Below, piece after piece: positions 35,953 to 46,195 of a DNA stretch of 64,000 nt; positions within the stretch are counted from its first letter, which is position 1; every line of letters starts with the position of its first letter. The notes below the pieces were generated by a model. The model saw only the letters and a program-made list of their open reading frames with translations, was not told where the DNA came from and did not search any database. This DNA is from Mayamaea pseudoterrestris (Eukaryota): contig BROI01000002.1 in NCBI GenBank assembly GCA_027923505.1, positions 2,542,001 to 2,606,000 on the forward strand, in the 5' to 3' direction. The position numbers and the translations under genes were made by a program.

Positions 35953-36447
35953 TTAGAAAGTACGGAAACTCTTCTTTCCGGCAACGACACGCTGCGGCTC
36001 ATGGGCGACAACATTGAATCGAACAGTCTTGCTCAAAGGACGGCACTGCCCAATCGTGACAATATCTCCCTCCTTGACGGAAAATGCAGGAGAGCAGTGC
36101 ACGGCAATGTTCGTGTGACGCTTCTCAAAACGGCGGTATTTGGTAATATAATGAAGGTAGTCCCGTCGAACAATAATCGTGCGCTTCATCTTGGTGGAAA
36201 TGATGCGTCCCTTGAGGATGCGTCCACGAATTGATACATTTCCAGTGAAGGGGCACTTTTTGTCTACAAAGTTTCCTTCAATGGCAGCAGCCGGTGTCTT
36301 GATACCAAGTCCAACATTCTTGACAAAGCGCATGGGCTTGTCCTTGTTGGCAATAGTGCGCTTGCGCGCAATGAAAATGGCATCCTGCTTTTGGTACGCC
36401 TTTTCGTTCTGGTCGCACTCGACGTAGTCTCGGGTGATGCGTGTCAT
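35953..36447 (-). CDS. RPS11: 40S ribosomal protein S11 (uS17)
   Basis: [42 protein letters not shown] and [14 protein letters not shown]. Confidence 0.97.
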   Translation of the reverse strand: MTRITRDYVECDQNEKAYQKQDAIFIARKRTIANKDKPMRFVKNVGLGIKTPAAAIEGNFVDKKCPFTGNVSIRGRILKGRIISTKMKRTIIVRRDYLHYITKYRRFEKRHTNIAVHCSPAFSVKEGDIVTIGQCRPLSKTVRFNVVAHEPQRVVAGKKSFRTF

Positions 36448-37144
36448 GTTGGTCGATTCTGCAAGAAAGGGGAAAAATTAATTACCGGAAGAAAGAGACG
36501 ATGAAAACTTGCAGGATCTACAACAAAGATCAACGAAGGTAATTCTGTCACCAAAATCTTATTGTCACCAAAAGCGGTTTGGATATCTATTGACGCAGCA
36601 GAAATATAGAATGCGATGGCTTACAAAATCGTTTCAAATCAATTATCACACACCTGTTTGATCAATAAAGCTAGCAGCAACAACCTCTACCAATTGCTCG
36701 CGAGTTGTTCATGGTTGCATGGCGCGACGCTGTGTTTTTAGTAAGGCCGATACGCGGTAAAAGACGTCATCACGTTCCGTGTCTCAGTCTAGCCGTCAGT
36801 CACACTTTTGGCCTGGCAGGCGCGCGAGTTGGCCCGGATGCACGATTACGAGATGCGTTAGGATCGCTCGCACAATGACACACAAACAAGCACCGTTCGA
36901 TCGATGGTCGGCGGCGAAGCGAACGGAAGCAAAGAGGAAATAAAAGGCTTGATTCTTCCACATTTATTGCCTTTCGAAGTTAACTCGGATCAAGCGATCG
37001 GTTGATTCTTTAAGTGAGAAACCTTTGGAACGAGCGCGAGCTAACCTTTTGCTTGCCCGACTGCCACTTCCTACCCCTGACGAACTCCTCTGCCGTCGGC
37101 TACATTGCGGCACCTTCAAGGGACCAGTCGAAATTGGTCTCAAC

Positions 37145-39364
37145 ATGATGAAGTCTTCGAAAGCTCCTGCTACTAAAAGCACTAGTACCAAAAAGACATT
37201 TCGAGAATTACCGGCTCTGTTTTACTACATGGAAATTGGCGACTGGACGAAAGCACTCGAGCGGATACGACGTCACCCTCGCGAAGCCAAGGCCTGGGCC
37301 ACGCTACGCACCAAGTCGACAACCGAGCAGCCATCTACCAAACGACTGGCACTGCATCATGCCTGCTTCAAGCTACGATCAGCGGGGAGCTCTCCATTCA
37401 ATGCGAGTAATCCTAACGAGGACGAATACATTGTCGTTGTTCGGTTTATTCTGCAACTCCTTCGCCTTTACCCTGACGCTGCAGGACAGCGCGAGTCGCG
37501 GCACGGCTGCTTGCCATTGCATCTCGCAGCCTTTGCATCATGCGCCCCGAGAAGAGAAGTAAAGGGTGAACCGACGTGGGAAAGTTTGTCTATGATTTCC
37601 TCCACGGCATCGACACTTTCACAAACAACCATGACAAGTCTTTCCTCGTCCAAACCTTCGTTGATTGCCCGACGCATCGCTTCGGATGCAACAGCCGAGA
37701 CCAATACGACGGCTATGACTGCCATGCATGCGGAAGAAACGTTTCAAGGAGCTGTATCGGATGCACGAACCGCTGGCGCCTGCGATATTGCTGTCAACCC
37801 ACGAGTCTCCGTGTCGTCTACTGCTACAGACAAGATACCTCCCAAGCGAGAGGAAGTTGCTGTGCAGCTTATTAATGCATTGCTTGACGCCTTTCCTAAG
37901 GCAATTCGAGTTGACAGTGAAGGTGGACGTCTTGTACTTCACACTGCATGTGCCGGCCGAGCGACGCCCCGCGTCGTGTCGACGCTAATTACGGCGTATC
38001 CATCCGCTTGTCGACACCGCAACAAGGATGGTTACTTGCCATTGCATCTGGCAGCTCATTGGGGAGTTTCTCATCCTAGTGTCGCCATCCTTTTGCTAAA
38101 GTCGTATCCGGATGCGACGTTGGGCCGGAACCGCTGGGAGAGAACACCATTAGAAGAGGCCCTTTGTATGGCGGGTGAGAATGGCAGGCCTCACCAAGCA
38201 GCGCTTGTGCGGGCACTTCGAAAGCACCCCAGTTTCTGGACAAGACCGCCACCAGAAATGTTGAAGGAGCGTGCTGTTTCGGCAAAGGCGCGGCCCATTG
38301 ACATGGACGAAAGTCTTCCGAGCAATGATAGCACTTTGGAGGCGGAGGAGGAGCAAAGGAGATATGGACACGAGGCTGTGATTCTCGAGTTGCTTGAGTA
38401 AGTGCTGGTTGAGATGCATACATATAGGTTATGATGAGTGGCTAGTCTCATCGCGTTTGACTTTTCTCATCGCATTAGTGAAAATGATGAGATTGAATCG
38501 AGACAGTCCAAGGATTCTTCCAGAGAGCCCAGTGGTCGTGCAACACCCCCTTCACCCTGTGCGCCGTTATCGCCTGGTCGATCATTCCTTGGCAGATTGA
38601 GTCCTAGTCGTAAGCGAAGTGAAGAAGTTGCAAATATGGACCTTGGCACTCCGCTGGCTACGCTCATCCACAATCGCAAGTGGAGCAAAGTTATCAGCCG
38701 TTTGTCTGCAAATCCATTGGAAGCAGAGACGGAACTTACGGTCGTAACACGTGGCGGATTTACGGCATCGCGAGGCATGACAGCGCTACACTACGCTTGT
38801 GAGCGCAAGCCACCAGTGGAGGTTGTTCACTGCCTGATTGAGTCATACCCACATGCCGTGAGCGTGCGTGCCATGCCGGGTGGCGCATTGCCGCTACATA
38901 TTGCTTGTACCTGGGGTGCCTCGGAAGACGTTGTAACCGCATTGCTATCGGCCGATGCAGGGACCGCTCGCATGACGGACGAGTTAGGCAACATTGCATT
39001 GCACTCGGCTACCTTTTCGGGAGCCGATGAAGAGGTTGTTGCGACGTTGTTGGATGTCGATGAAAAGACCGTCACTGTACGCAACTATCAGGGAAGCCGA
39101 CCAATTGATATCGTACGCCGGCTGCGGAATAAGAATCGTAACGAAGTAATTGATTTGTTGGTGGGTAAAAGGGATCACGATGCGTCAGGAACTTGGTCGG
39201 CAAGCGAGCCTGCACAAGAAGTAAATCCAGAATTTGTTCGCGATGGCGGACGGGGCCTTGAGATTGGCTATCGCGCTGGAGATTCGGTGCAGGACGATCA
39301 TGGTGGCGTCGAGGTGACATACGAGGAGACAGAAGAAGATGGAGAGGATTTGGTTTGGATCTAG
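37145..39364 (+). CDS. Ankyrin-like repeat protein (LPLH-type repeats), intron 38398-38478
   Basis: Repeats LALHHAC, LPLHLAA, LVLHTAC, TALHYAC, LPLHIAC and IALHSA; a GT-AG intron joins the two ORFs in frame. Confidence 0.8.
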
Positions 39365-39431
39365 CCATACGCTTAAAGCTTGAACTGTAAATTTATGCAA
39401 AGCACGGACACATTACCATTACACGCGTTAT

Positions 39432-40126
39432 CTACTTAAGCATGTCAATCGCCGTTCTCAATGCGTCTCTTGCATCACTCGCATTCTTCCTGCTTCGCTC
39501 GATATATAACGCGACACGATCTTTCCCGCCGCCTGATACATCAAGTAAGAGAGGTGAAAAATTACTTTATGCTGGGAGCAAGCATGGCACATCGCACAAC
39601 TATTAATTTGGAAATCGCGCGACGTACCTGGATTGGCCTCTGCCCAGGATGAAACGTAAGCTATGCCACTGGCCTCCTCAGAAGCCTGTGTCCATTGTTC
39701 CACTGCATCAATAAATTCACTTGCTTTGTCGGATGGTACCATGGATTGCAGCCGCATCATGGTTTTGTCCGCTTGAAACAGTGGGTGTTTCGTAGACTTA
39801 AACCCCATGGCTTCCATGACCTTTGTCGGATTCCGTTCGCATAAGCCTATGTATGGATTATCACTCCGACCACATACTGTCGTTTCCTTCTCAAAGTTAT
39901 TTACTAAGTAGTCAAGCTGAGCATATCCTACCTCTAGCTTTTGAATATCCAGGCTGGTGTCGGCCAACACCGGCAAGGCGGACGACGTGAACAAGGTAAC
40001 AATCGTCGATGCCAAAAATCTCTGACGCGAGACTCTACACGATTCTTTCAATGGAAGCTGCCATGCAAAACAGGACAGCAGGGGATGGAGCACAAGAAGA
40101 GTTAAGAAGCTTAAAAGTGCCGACAT
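39432..40126 (-). CDS. Hypothetical plastid (probably thylakoid-lumen) protein, intron 39533-39627
   Basis: Signal peptide ending CFA-W, then a Tat-like SRQRFLA..LPVLA segment. Splicing restores SSWAEANPG|GGKDRVALY..DMLK-stop. Confidence 0.65.
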
Positions 40127-40256
40127 GTTTGATGCAGCTTTGAAGAAAGTGAAAGATACGTCGTACTCCACGATTGCTTTGATTTGAAAAGATCAGATAC
40201 CGTTACGACGGGTGCTAGCATTGCTGCCATGCCTTTCAAATGCCCATATCTACAGC

Positions 40257-40485
40257 CATGTGTATGCCCAAATCAAGCCAGAATGGTGCTAACATCATTA
40301 TTTCAGGTGCGCTACAAGATGCATTGTCTGGCTGGTCCCTCAGTAGACTGCAATGTGATTGGTGACAACTTGTCACCAGTCTCAGCCAGCATATGCCACG
40401 AGTCATGTGTATGCCCAAATCAAGCCAGAATAGTGCTAACATCCTTTACTGTTAAGGTGCGCTGCAAAATAAGTTGACTGGCTGA
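40257..40485. repeat. Imperfect direct repeat, ~80-nt unit, 147-nt period
   Basis: CATGTGTATGCCCAAATCAAGCCAGAAT(G/A)GTGCTAACATC at 40257 and 40404; similarity continues through AGGTGCGCT and CTGGCTG. Confidence 0.9.
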
Positions 40486-40747
40486 TTTGGTACTGAAGGC
40501 AAGCAGGAGAAAAACTTGCAAGGGTGCATAGATGCTATTGTGGCTGGCTGTAAATAAGGTGGCACTCAAAGCGTGCCAGAGAATGGACTGTCTGATAAGG
40601 ATGTGGCTGGTACAATGGCATTATCGGGTTGGTGGAACGACACAAATGCAGATGCTTTATACGCAGAGGATTAACTGTGTGACATCCTGTGTATGCATTG
40701 TAGGCAAAGACCTCCTCAAATGCCAAATTTTATGATTAGCGTATGAG

Positions 40748-42850
40748 TTAAAGCTTTAAATCGCACAGTATGCTGATATGGTCAGAAGGAAGGTGTTCGC
40801 TCGGCATTGCTACATTTCGGGTAACTTGTTCGAGCGCGGGCATGGGAGCAGATTGAACGCTCTCCATGGTAGTCAAAATGTGGTCAAGGGTTCCTCGAAA
40901 TCCGTCGATGCAATGCGTAAACGGTGCAGGTTCCAACAGACCAGATCGCAGGTGGGGGAAGGATTCTGGCAAACCGAGCGCAGGAAAGTCATAGTCTGAC
41001 TGCGGAGAGCTTGTTGCCTTGGCAGCTCCAAAGTCAAACGTATTGAGATGTTTCTTTAAGTCACGAAAATTGGCCCTGACATGGCGGTCCACCATTAGCT
41101 TTCCGGCGGCATTCTCGAGGGACGAGTTGAAATCGCCGCACAAGATGATGTGGGGCTTGCTGGCAGCATCCTTCTCAACTTCAATGGATATCTGCCGGGA
41201 TACCAATAACATTTGAATGAGTCGAACATGTGATGCGTCGGGGTGGTAAAAGAGATGAGTATTCGCAACCAAGATATGCTGTTTTGTTGCTCGATCCAAA
41301 AGTCGAACCAGTTGAACGACGTGGCCAAGTTGCGACTTGATGACATACTTTAAACTTTTCTGTGATTTTAACAGGCGCTCTAGAGTTTGAAGGGTGTCCG
41401 ACCAATCATTGCCAGCTGGACGCACGTGAAGCTTGGTCGAAAGGTCACCAAGATTGAACCACTGTTGCTCGATTACTTGAAACCGCTCCTTTGACCAAAA
41501 AATGGCTGCGCCTTCCCGAGTTCCCGCGTGCCGTTTCATAGTAAAGTACCCTTCCCAGCCAAGACTGGACAGTACAGGTTGGAGCAGTGATTCAAAAACA
41601 ATTTGGTCGACTTCTTGCAGACACATGATTCCAGGATGGTACGATACAAGCTCTTGGAGTATCAGCGGCAAGCGCCTCGCCCTTTCTAGTATATCTTTGC
41701 TGCAATAAGGATAGAATGGCTTTTGGTTTCCAGTTTGGAAAGCATTCTGATCTGCCAGAACATTGTAGGAGACAACCCGCAAGACGTTGGATGGTGGTGG
41801 CGACGTCCAGGCTGGTGTGCGTAATTGAAGTACAATATTCTGGCTGGGCCGCTTCACTGCACGCTTGAACTGGTACGCTTCCTCTTGGCCCCTTCCGTCA
41901 TGATTCTGACTAAAAGGGGTCAACAGAATCGCCAAGGAAGCGTCAAGTAGATCCTCCGTGGGAGTGAACAGCGGACAGTCTTTCGCCACAAGCCTTGCCT
42001 CTCCACCATTGTCAATGACGAACCAATCTACGGAGCATCCATCTGCAAACTGAGTTTCCACTTTTATTCTTATTGGTATCCCGACATATACGCAAGCACC
42101 AAACTCCTCAAATGTTTGAACGCCAACAATGGTTGGAGGGCATGTCTCCACGAGTAACTTAAGCGTCGCCGGAGTATCGTCGCCATTCGTTGGCTTTTGT
42201 AGTTGCAGCATGCATGGCGTTTCCAGCGCGCGAAGTATCCATTCTCCTGTTGTCAAAGTCGATATATCCCACGTGTCTCTTGGCTGATTGGTTTCTGGGT
42301 GAATATCTGAGACGATCGGTAGAGGTAATGCCGAAGAAACTTGATTGTCGCGCTTCTTTATCTTACAAGACTGCGCATTTCTCTCGCGATCGTAAAGTTT
42401 CTTGGCCATCGATACCTCTAAGCGAGTTAGAGTTTTACCGAGTAAATCTTTCGAGTCTCGGTTCATTGTAAAGTGGACAGCGTCGTTAACAATTCCGTCA
42501 GTGTCGCAATCCTGATACAGGTAAACGTCCAATGTCGCATTGCCTTGATTAATTATAGTGTCTTTCCGATTATCAGATCCTACAAGAATCGCATGTTTTG
42601 GACGATACTTTAAATGTCCTGTGTCATGCACCAACAAGTCAGGATTGATAATGGCCTGTTGTGGCTTTGGATTGCGTGAATGGTGCGAGGTTTGGTGCTT
42701 GTTAGATTTGACAGCCGGAAAGATTCGGGCAATGACATGTCCATCCATTTTACAGCTATTTGAAAGGGCATTCGTAAACTTGAGGAGCCTAGTAGTCATC
42801 AATAAATACAAGAAGGTTTTGCTCGTGCGCAGAAAGATATCCATGATCAA
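40748..42850 (-). CDS. PDE12/CCR4-like EEP-family phosphodiesterase/deadenylase
   Basis: RVVSYNVLAD, MCLQEVD, EGAAIFW, VANTHLFYHP, CGDFNS, GTLDHI and PSDHIS. Confidence 0.88.
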   Translation of the reverse strand: MIMDIFLRTSKTFLYLLMTTRLLKFTNALSNSCKMDGHVIARIFPAVKSNKHQTSHHSRNPKPQQAIINPDLLVHDTGHLKYRPKHAILVGSDNRKDTIINQGNATLDVYLYQDCDTDGIVNDAVHFTMNRDSKDLLGKTLTRLEVSMAKKLYDRERNAQSCKIKKRDNQVSSALPLPIVSDIHPETNQPRDTWDISTLTTGEWILRALETPCMLQLQKPTNGDDTPATLKLLVETCPPTIVGVQTFEEFGACVYVGIPIRIKVETQFADGCSVDWFVIDNGGEARLVAKDCPLFTPTEDLLDASLAILLTPFSQNHDGRGQEEAYQFKRAVKRPSQNIVLQLRTPAWTSPPPSNVLRVVSYNVLADQNAFQTGNQKPFYPYCSKDILERARRLPLILQELVSYHPGIMCLQEVDQIVFESLLQPVLSSLGWEGYFTMKRHAGTREGAAIFWSKERFQVIEQQWFNLGDLSTKLHVRPAGNDWSDTLQTLERLLKSQKSLKYVIKSQLGHVVQLVRLLDRATKQHILVANTHLFYHPDASHVRLIQMLLVSRQISIEVEKDAASKPHIILCGDFNSSLENAAGKLMVDRHVRANFRDLKKHLNTFDFGAAKATSSPQSDYDFPALGLPESFPHLRSGLLEPAPFTHCIDGFRGTLDHILTTMESVQSAPMPALEQVTRNVAMPSEHLPSDHISILCDLKL

Positions 42851-43028
42851 AATTGGTTTGACGAGCGAGAAAAGGTGAATGTGGCATCTGTCGTAGCGGC
42901 TCCAATATTATCGCACCGGTACTACTTTGTCCAGCTTGCGACCGTCCGATTCTTTTGTCGCATCACAATGACAAAAATCATCACGAGCACATACGTCTCC
43001 TTTAGCAACGTCTTGTTGTATAGCTTCC

Positions 43029-44822
43029 ATGAGAGACTTGTCGAGGAAGCTATGCCTTTGTATTTTGCTTGCTTCTCTTGAAAATTCCTCGGGATTTCTG
43101 AAAGTCTTTCCACCTGTTCCACACAATCAAAATAGCTTTGTCACAACATGCACAGTTCTTCGTGAAAGCATTGCCTCAGCATCTGAACGCGCTGGCAAAG
43201 ACAGCAACGTAAACGACAAGACATTATCTCGTCCTCAACGAAAGGCTCTTGAGCGACAGCGCAAAGCGAAGCGAATCCACACGACAACGATTTCCGAGCA
43301 AAAGCAGTCGAAGAAGCGAAGCGCTCAGTCCAATTATGATGGACAGTCCTATAGTCTTCACTCCAATGCAGTATCTCAACTAGATATCAACTCTACAGCA
43401 GAGAATGTTGTGCGAGCAATCAAACGAGCGCAGAATCTGCACGACAGTCATGACATGGCACAAATTGCCCGATTTCTATTAGAACAGACTGATGCCACCT
43501 TCTTTTACGGCTTTCGAGGATCACTGTTGGCACGATTGGCGGTCGCTGCACTTCACTTGAACCAAACGAGAGTGGCGACAGCTGCCATGCAGGAGCGAAG
43601 CCAAGCTCACGCAGATACGATTGCACCCTTTGAGAGTGCTGCCCTGGTGAGAGGCTTGCTCCGCGTTCATAATGTTACGGAAGCATGGGATATCGTAAAT
43701 GCTGAACTAGCCGTACCAGATATTGCATCCAGTGAGTTATTATCTGATGCTTGGACGGTAAAAGATAGTGATGTATTGAAACACCGCGCCCTTTCATTGG
43801 CGTCGATTGCATCACGACACTTCTTTGAGGGCGAACCATGTCGGGCAGTTGCAGCTTGTCAACACTTGGCACAACTAGGGCCGTTGACACGAAATGCTGG
43901 TATGTTGAAGAATAGTAGTGAAATCCCATGGGCGCGGCTGATTCGAGGTGCCGCCATGTGCGAAACGGGCCGACGGAACGGGACGGTGGTACCATGTGAT
44001 TATGAAAATGGCTTGACACCGACCGTGCCCGCGCTGTCACTGCCATGCAACCTTGTCCATGCCGTTTTGGATGCCATGTCCACATTTCCGTCGGAGAATG
44101 ATGACCGCGTCTACGAGCAATTGAGCAACGCTTTGGTCCGGCGAGTACTTTTCGTCACTGGAGCGATTGACATGCGGGGTTGTCCCGATGCAGATCGAGG
44201 CGAAGCTGCTTTTATTGGACGATCAAATGTTGGCAAGTCGTCGCTAGTGAATATGGTGACCAATCGCAAATCCTTGGCTTACACTAGCAAACGACCAGGC
44301 AAGACGCAGCAGTTCAATTTCTTCGCCGTAAATGACAAGCCTGGTTTGGAGAAGGAGGTGCGATATGGCGATCAAGTGGAAGGTGAAAAGGATCCAGACT
44401 CGTTTTACATTGTCGACTTGCCGGGGTTTGGCTACGCGCGAGTGCCCGAGAAGCAGCGACAAGCGTGGATAGCTTTTATGAACGAGTATCTGTCGGAGAG
44501 ACGGACCTTACGGGTCGTCTTTCATTTGATTGATGGAAGGATAGGGCCCACAGACGACGATACTGAAACTATGGCGCGGGTGGGTGCCGCGTTGAAAAAA
44601 TCGTCGGCGCAGTACGTTGTTGTTTTAACGAAGGCGGATAAGAATGTAAAGAATGTATCAAAGAAGAATTCTGGCAAGGTTTCACGAGAGGTGATGCAGA
44701 AAGTGCGAGATGCAATGAATGAAAATGGCATTGGTAAAGCACCAATCATTGTCACTTCCGCCGAAACGAAGCTTGGTCGCGATGACATTTGGAGGTATCT
44801 GAGGCAGGCGGCAGAAGCGTAG
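43029..44822 (+). CDS. EngB/YihA/YsxC ribosome-biogenesis GTPase with long N-terminal extension, probably plastid-targeted
   Basis: G1 GRSNVGKSS, G2 SKRPGKT, G3 DLPGFG, G4 TKAD and G5 TSA; signal peptide ending SSG-F. Confidence 0.88.
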   Translation: MRDLSRKLCLCILLASLENSSGFLKVFPPVPHNQNSFVTTCTVLRESIASASERAGKDSNVNDKTLSRPQRKALERQRKAKRIHTTTISEQKQSKKRSAQSNYDGQSYSLHSNAVSQLDINSTAENVVRAIKRAQNLHDSHDMAQIARFLLEQTDATFFYGFRGSLLARLAVAALHLNQTRVATAAMQERSQAHADTIAPFESAALVRGLLRVHNVTEAWDIVNAELAVPDIASSELLSDAWTVKDSDVLKHRALSLASIASRHFFEGEPCRAVAACQHLAQLGPLTRNAGMLKNSSEIPWARLIRGAAMCETGRRNGTVVPCDYENGLTPTVPALSLPCNLVHAVLDAMSTFPSENDDRVYEQLSNALVRRVLFVTGAIDMRGCPDADRGEAAFIGRSNVGKSSLVNMVTNRKSLAYTSKRPGKTQQFNFFAVNDKPGLEKEVRYGDQVEGEKDPDSFYIVDLPGFGYARVPEKQRQAWIAFMNEYLSERRTLRVVFHLIDGRIGPTDDDTETMARVGAALKKSSAQYVVVLTKADKNVKNVSKKNSGKVSREVMQKVRDAMNENGIGKAPIIVTSAETKLGRDDIWRYLRQAAEA

Positions 44823-45337
44823 TTCAGATATCATGCATCGATTTGCCGAGCAAATCCAGCAAAGGTCAGACGTGATGCGCAGAACCGGTGTATTCATTAT
44901 GGACCGGCCTGAATTTTTGTCGACTAATAGTATGTCATGCTATGATACTTCAGCACGTTATCGACAGGAAAAGTCGACTGCAGTCAATGCGGAATATTTG
45001 CTTTGCAACACGAACTCAAACGTAAGATATCGTTGTTTAGTTGAGCAAAGGCATGTGTTTTTGTATTTTAGAACAATTTGTACATACGTTAATTCTAGTT
45101 TATCGTTTGCTATCAGAAACAGCAGGTTGGCCTGGTATTGTGTAAGTAGCTCGAGTCGTTCGTGTTACGGTAAACATAATATGGTCTCACCGGTACTGTT
45201 ATTCCTTCGGGAATTTCCATCGGTTTGTCGAAACAACCATGGAGGTTCGAGCGCGGTGTGCGCTTCGTTTTCCCATATTTTACATTATTATCGCACTGCT
45301 TCTTCGTTCAAAACTCATTTCAGGGCTTGGAAGGCCG

Positions 45338-45822
45338 ATGGGGGATAAGGGCTTTACCATCATGTCTTCTAAACTCCAGCCGTCACTGGTCGAGGATTTT
45401 CTTGCTCATTCCGATGCTCATTTCCATGATATTCGGGAGCCAGAGGCCATCCGAACTGCATTACTACATTGGTACGATGAAAATCGGCGCATGCTTCCGT
45501 GGAGAGGCGATCCTGCGCCTTGGTGTGGAAGTACAGCAACAAACCCCAAGGTAAAGAAGATGCACGAATTCAACGAAGAAGACCCAAACCATCGGTATCC
45601 ACTGACTGCCTACGGAGTGTGGGTGACGGAAATCATGTGCCAACAGACTCGAGTCGACGCCGTTATCCCCTATTGGCTGAGATGGATGAAGTCGTTCCCC
45701 ACAGTCTACCATCTCGCGCGAGCCACTGACGATGAAGTGAACGCTCACTGGGCAGGGCTAGGGTTATATCGACGAGCGCGACTCCTGCATAGTGCGGCAA
45801 AACATGTTGTTGAGAAGCTAAA
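45338..45822 (+). pseudogene. mutY: MutY/MUTYH adenine glycosylase, 5' part, cut by an LTR insertion
   Basis: LLHWYDENRRMLPWR, AYGVWVTEIMCQQTRV and WAGLGLYRRARLLH; homology stops at VVEKLN where the LTR begins. Confidence 0.9.
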
Positions 45823-46195
45823 TGTTAGAAAGTACAGTTGTACAATACCAAATAAAGACTCTGCAATTGCTAACGATACTCGATATTATGATCTTATTCT
45901 GCTGCAAACTACAATCGCTCCTCTCGCATCTTCAAGAGGTATCCTCTTCTGCAACTTGCCTCAAGTTGCGCTCAATATAGAGCATAAAGTAGCCATTCGG
46001 GCTGACGTTTGCACTTAACCACGTAAGCTTGCAGACTGACGCAAGCTCTTCTTGCAATTCAAGTTGAATCGCACCTTGTTGCTTTCTTTGGACCGTTTTG
46101 GCTTCTTGCGGGTTACCTCAGTCCACTCATCGTTAGCTAACTCATCCTCATCCTTAAGTCGGTCCGAGCACCGTGAAGACTCGCTATTCACAACA
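45823..46195 (-). repeat. 373-bp LTR (3' LTR of copy 1)
   Basis: Minus strand reads TGTTG...CTAACA, preceded by the polypurine tract AGCAAGGAGGG; appears identical to 51240-51612. Confidence 0.93.

Noticed and set aside
36459..36624. Possible RPS11 5'-UTR intron hosting a snoRNA
   Set aside because: Splice signals are plausible, but I found no C/D boxes or convincing H/ACA structure.
40257..40485. CRISPR-like array
   Set aside because: Only two units, long degenerate similarity, eukaryotic context and no cas genes.
44833..45348. 171-aa ORF between EngB and MutY
   Set aside because: AT-rich, no motifs, atypical composition; likely intergenic.
45239..46018. 259-aa ORF as a complete protein
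   Set aside because: It is a chimera of the MutY 5' part and antisense LTR read-through.
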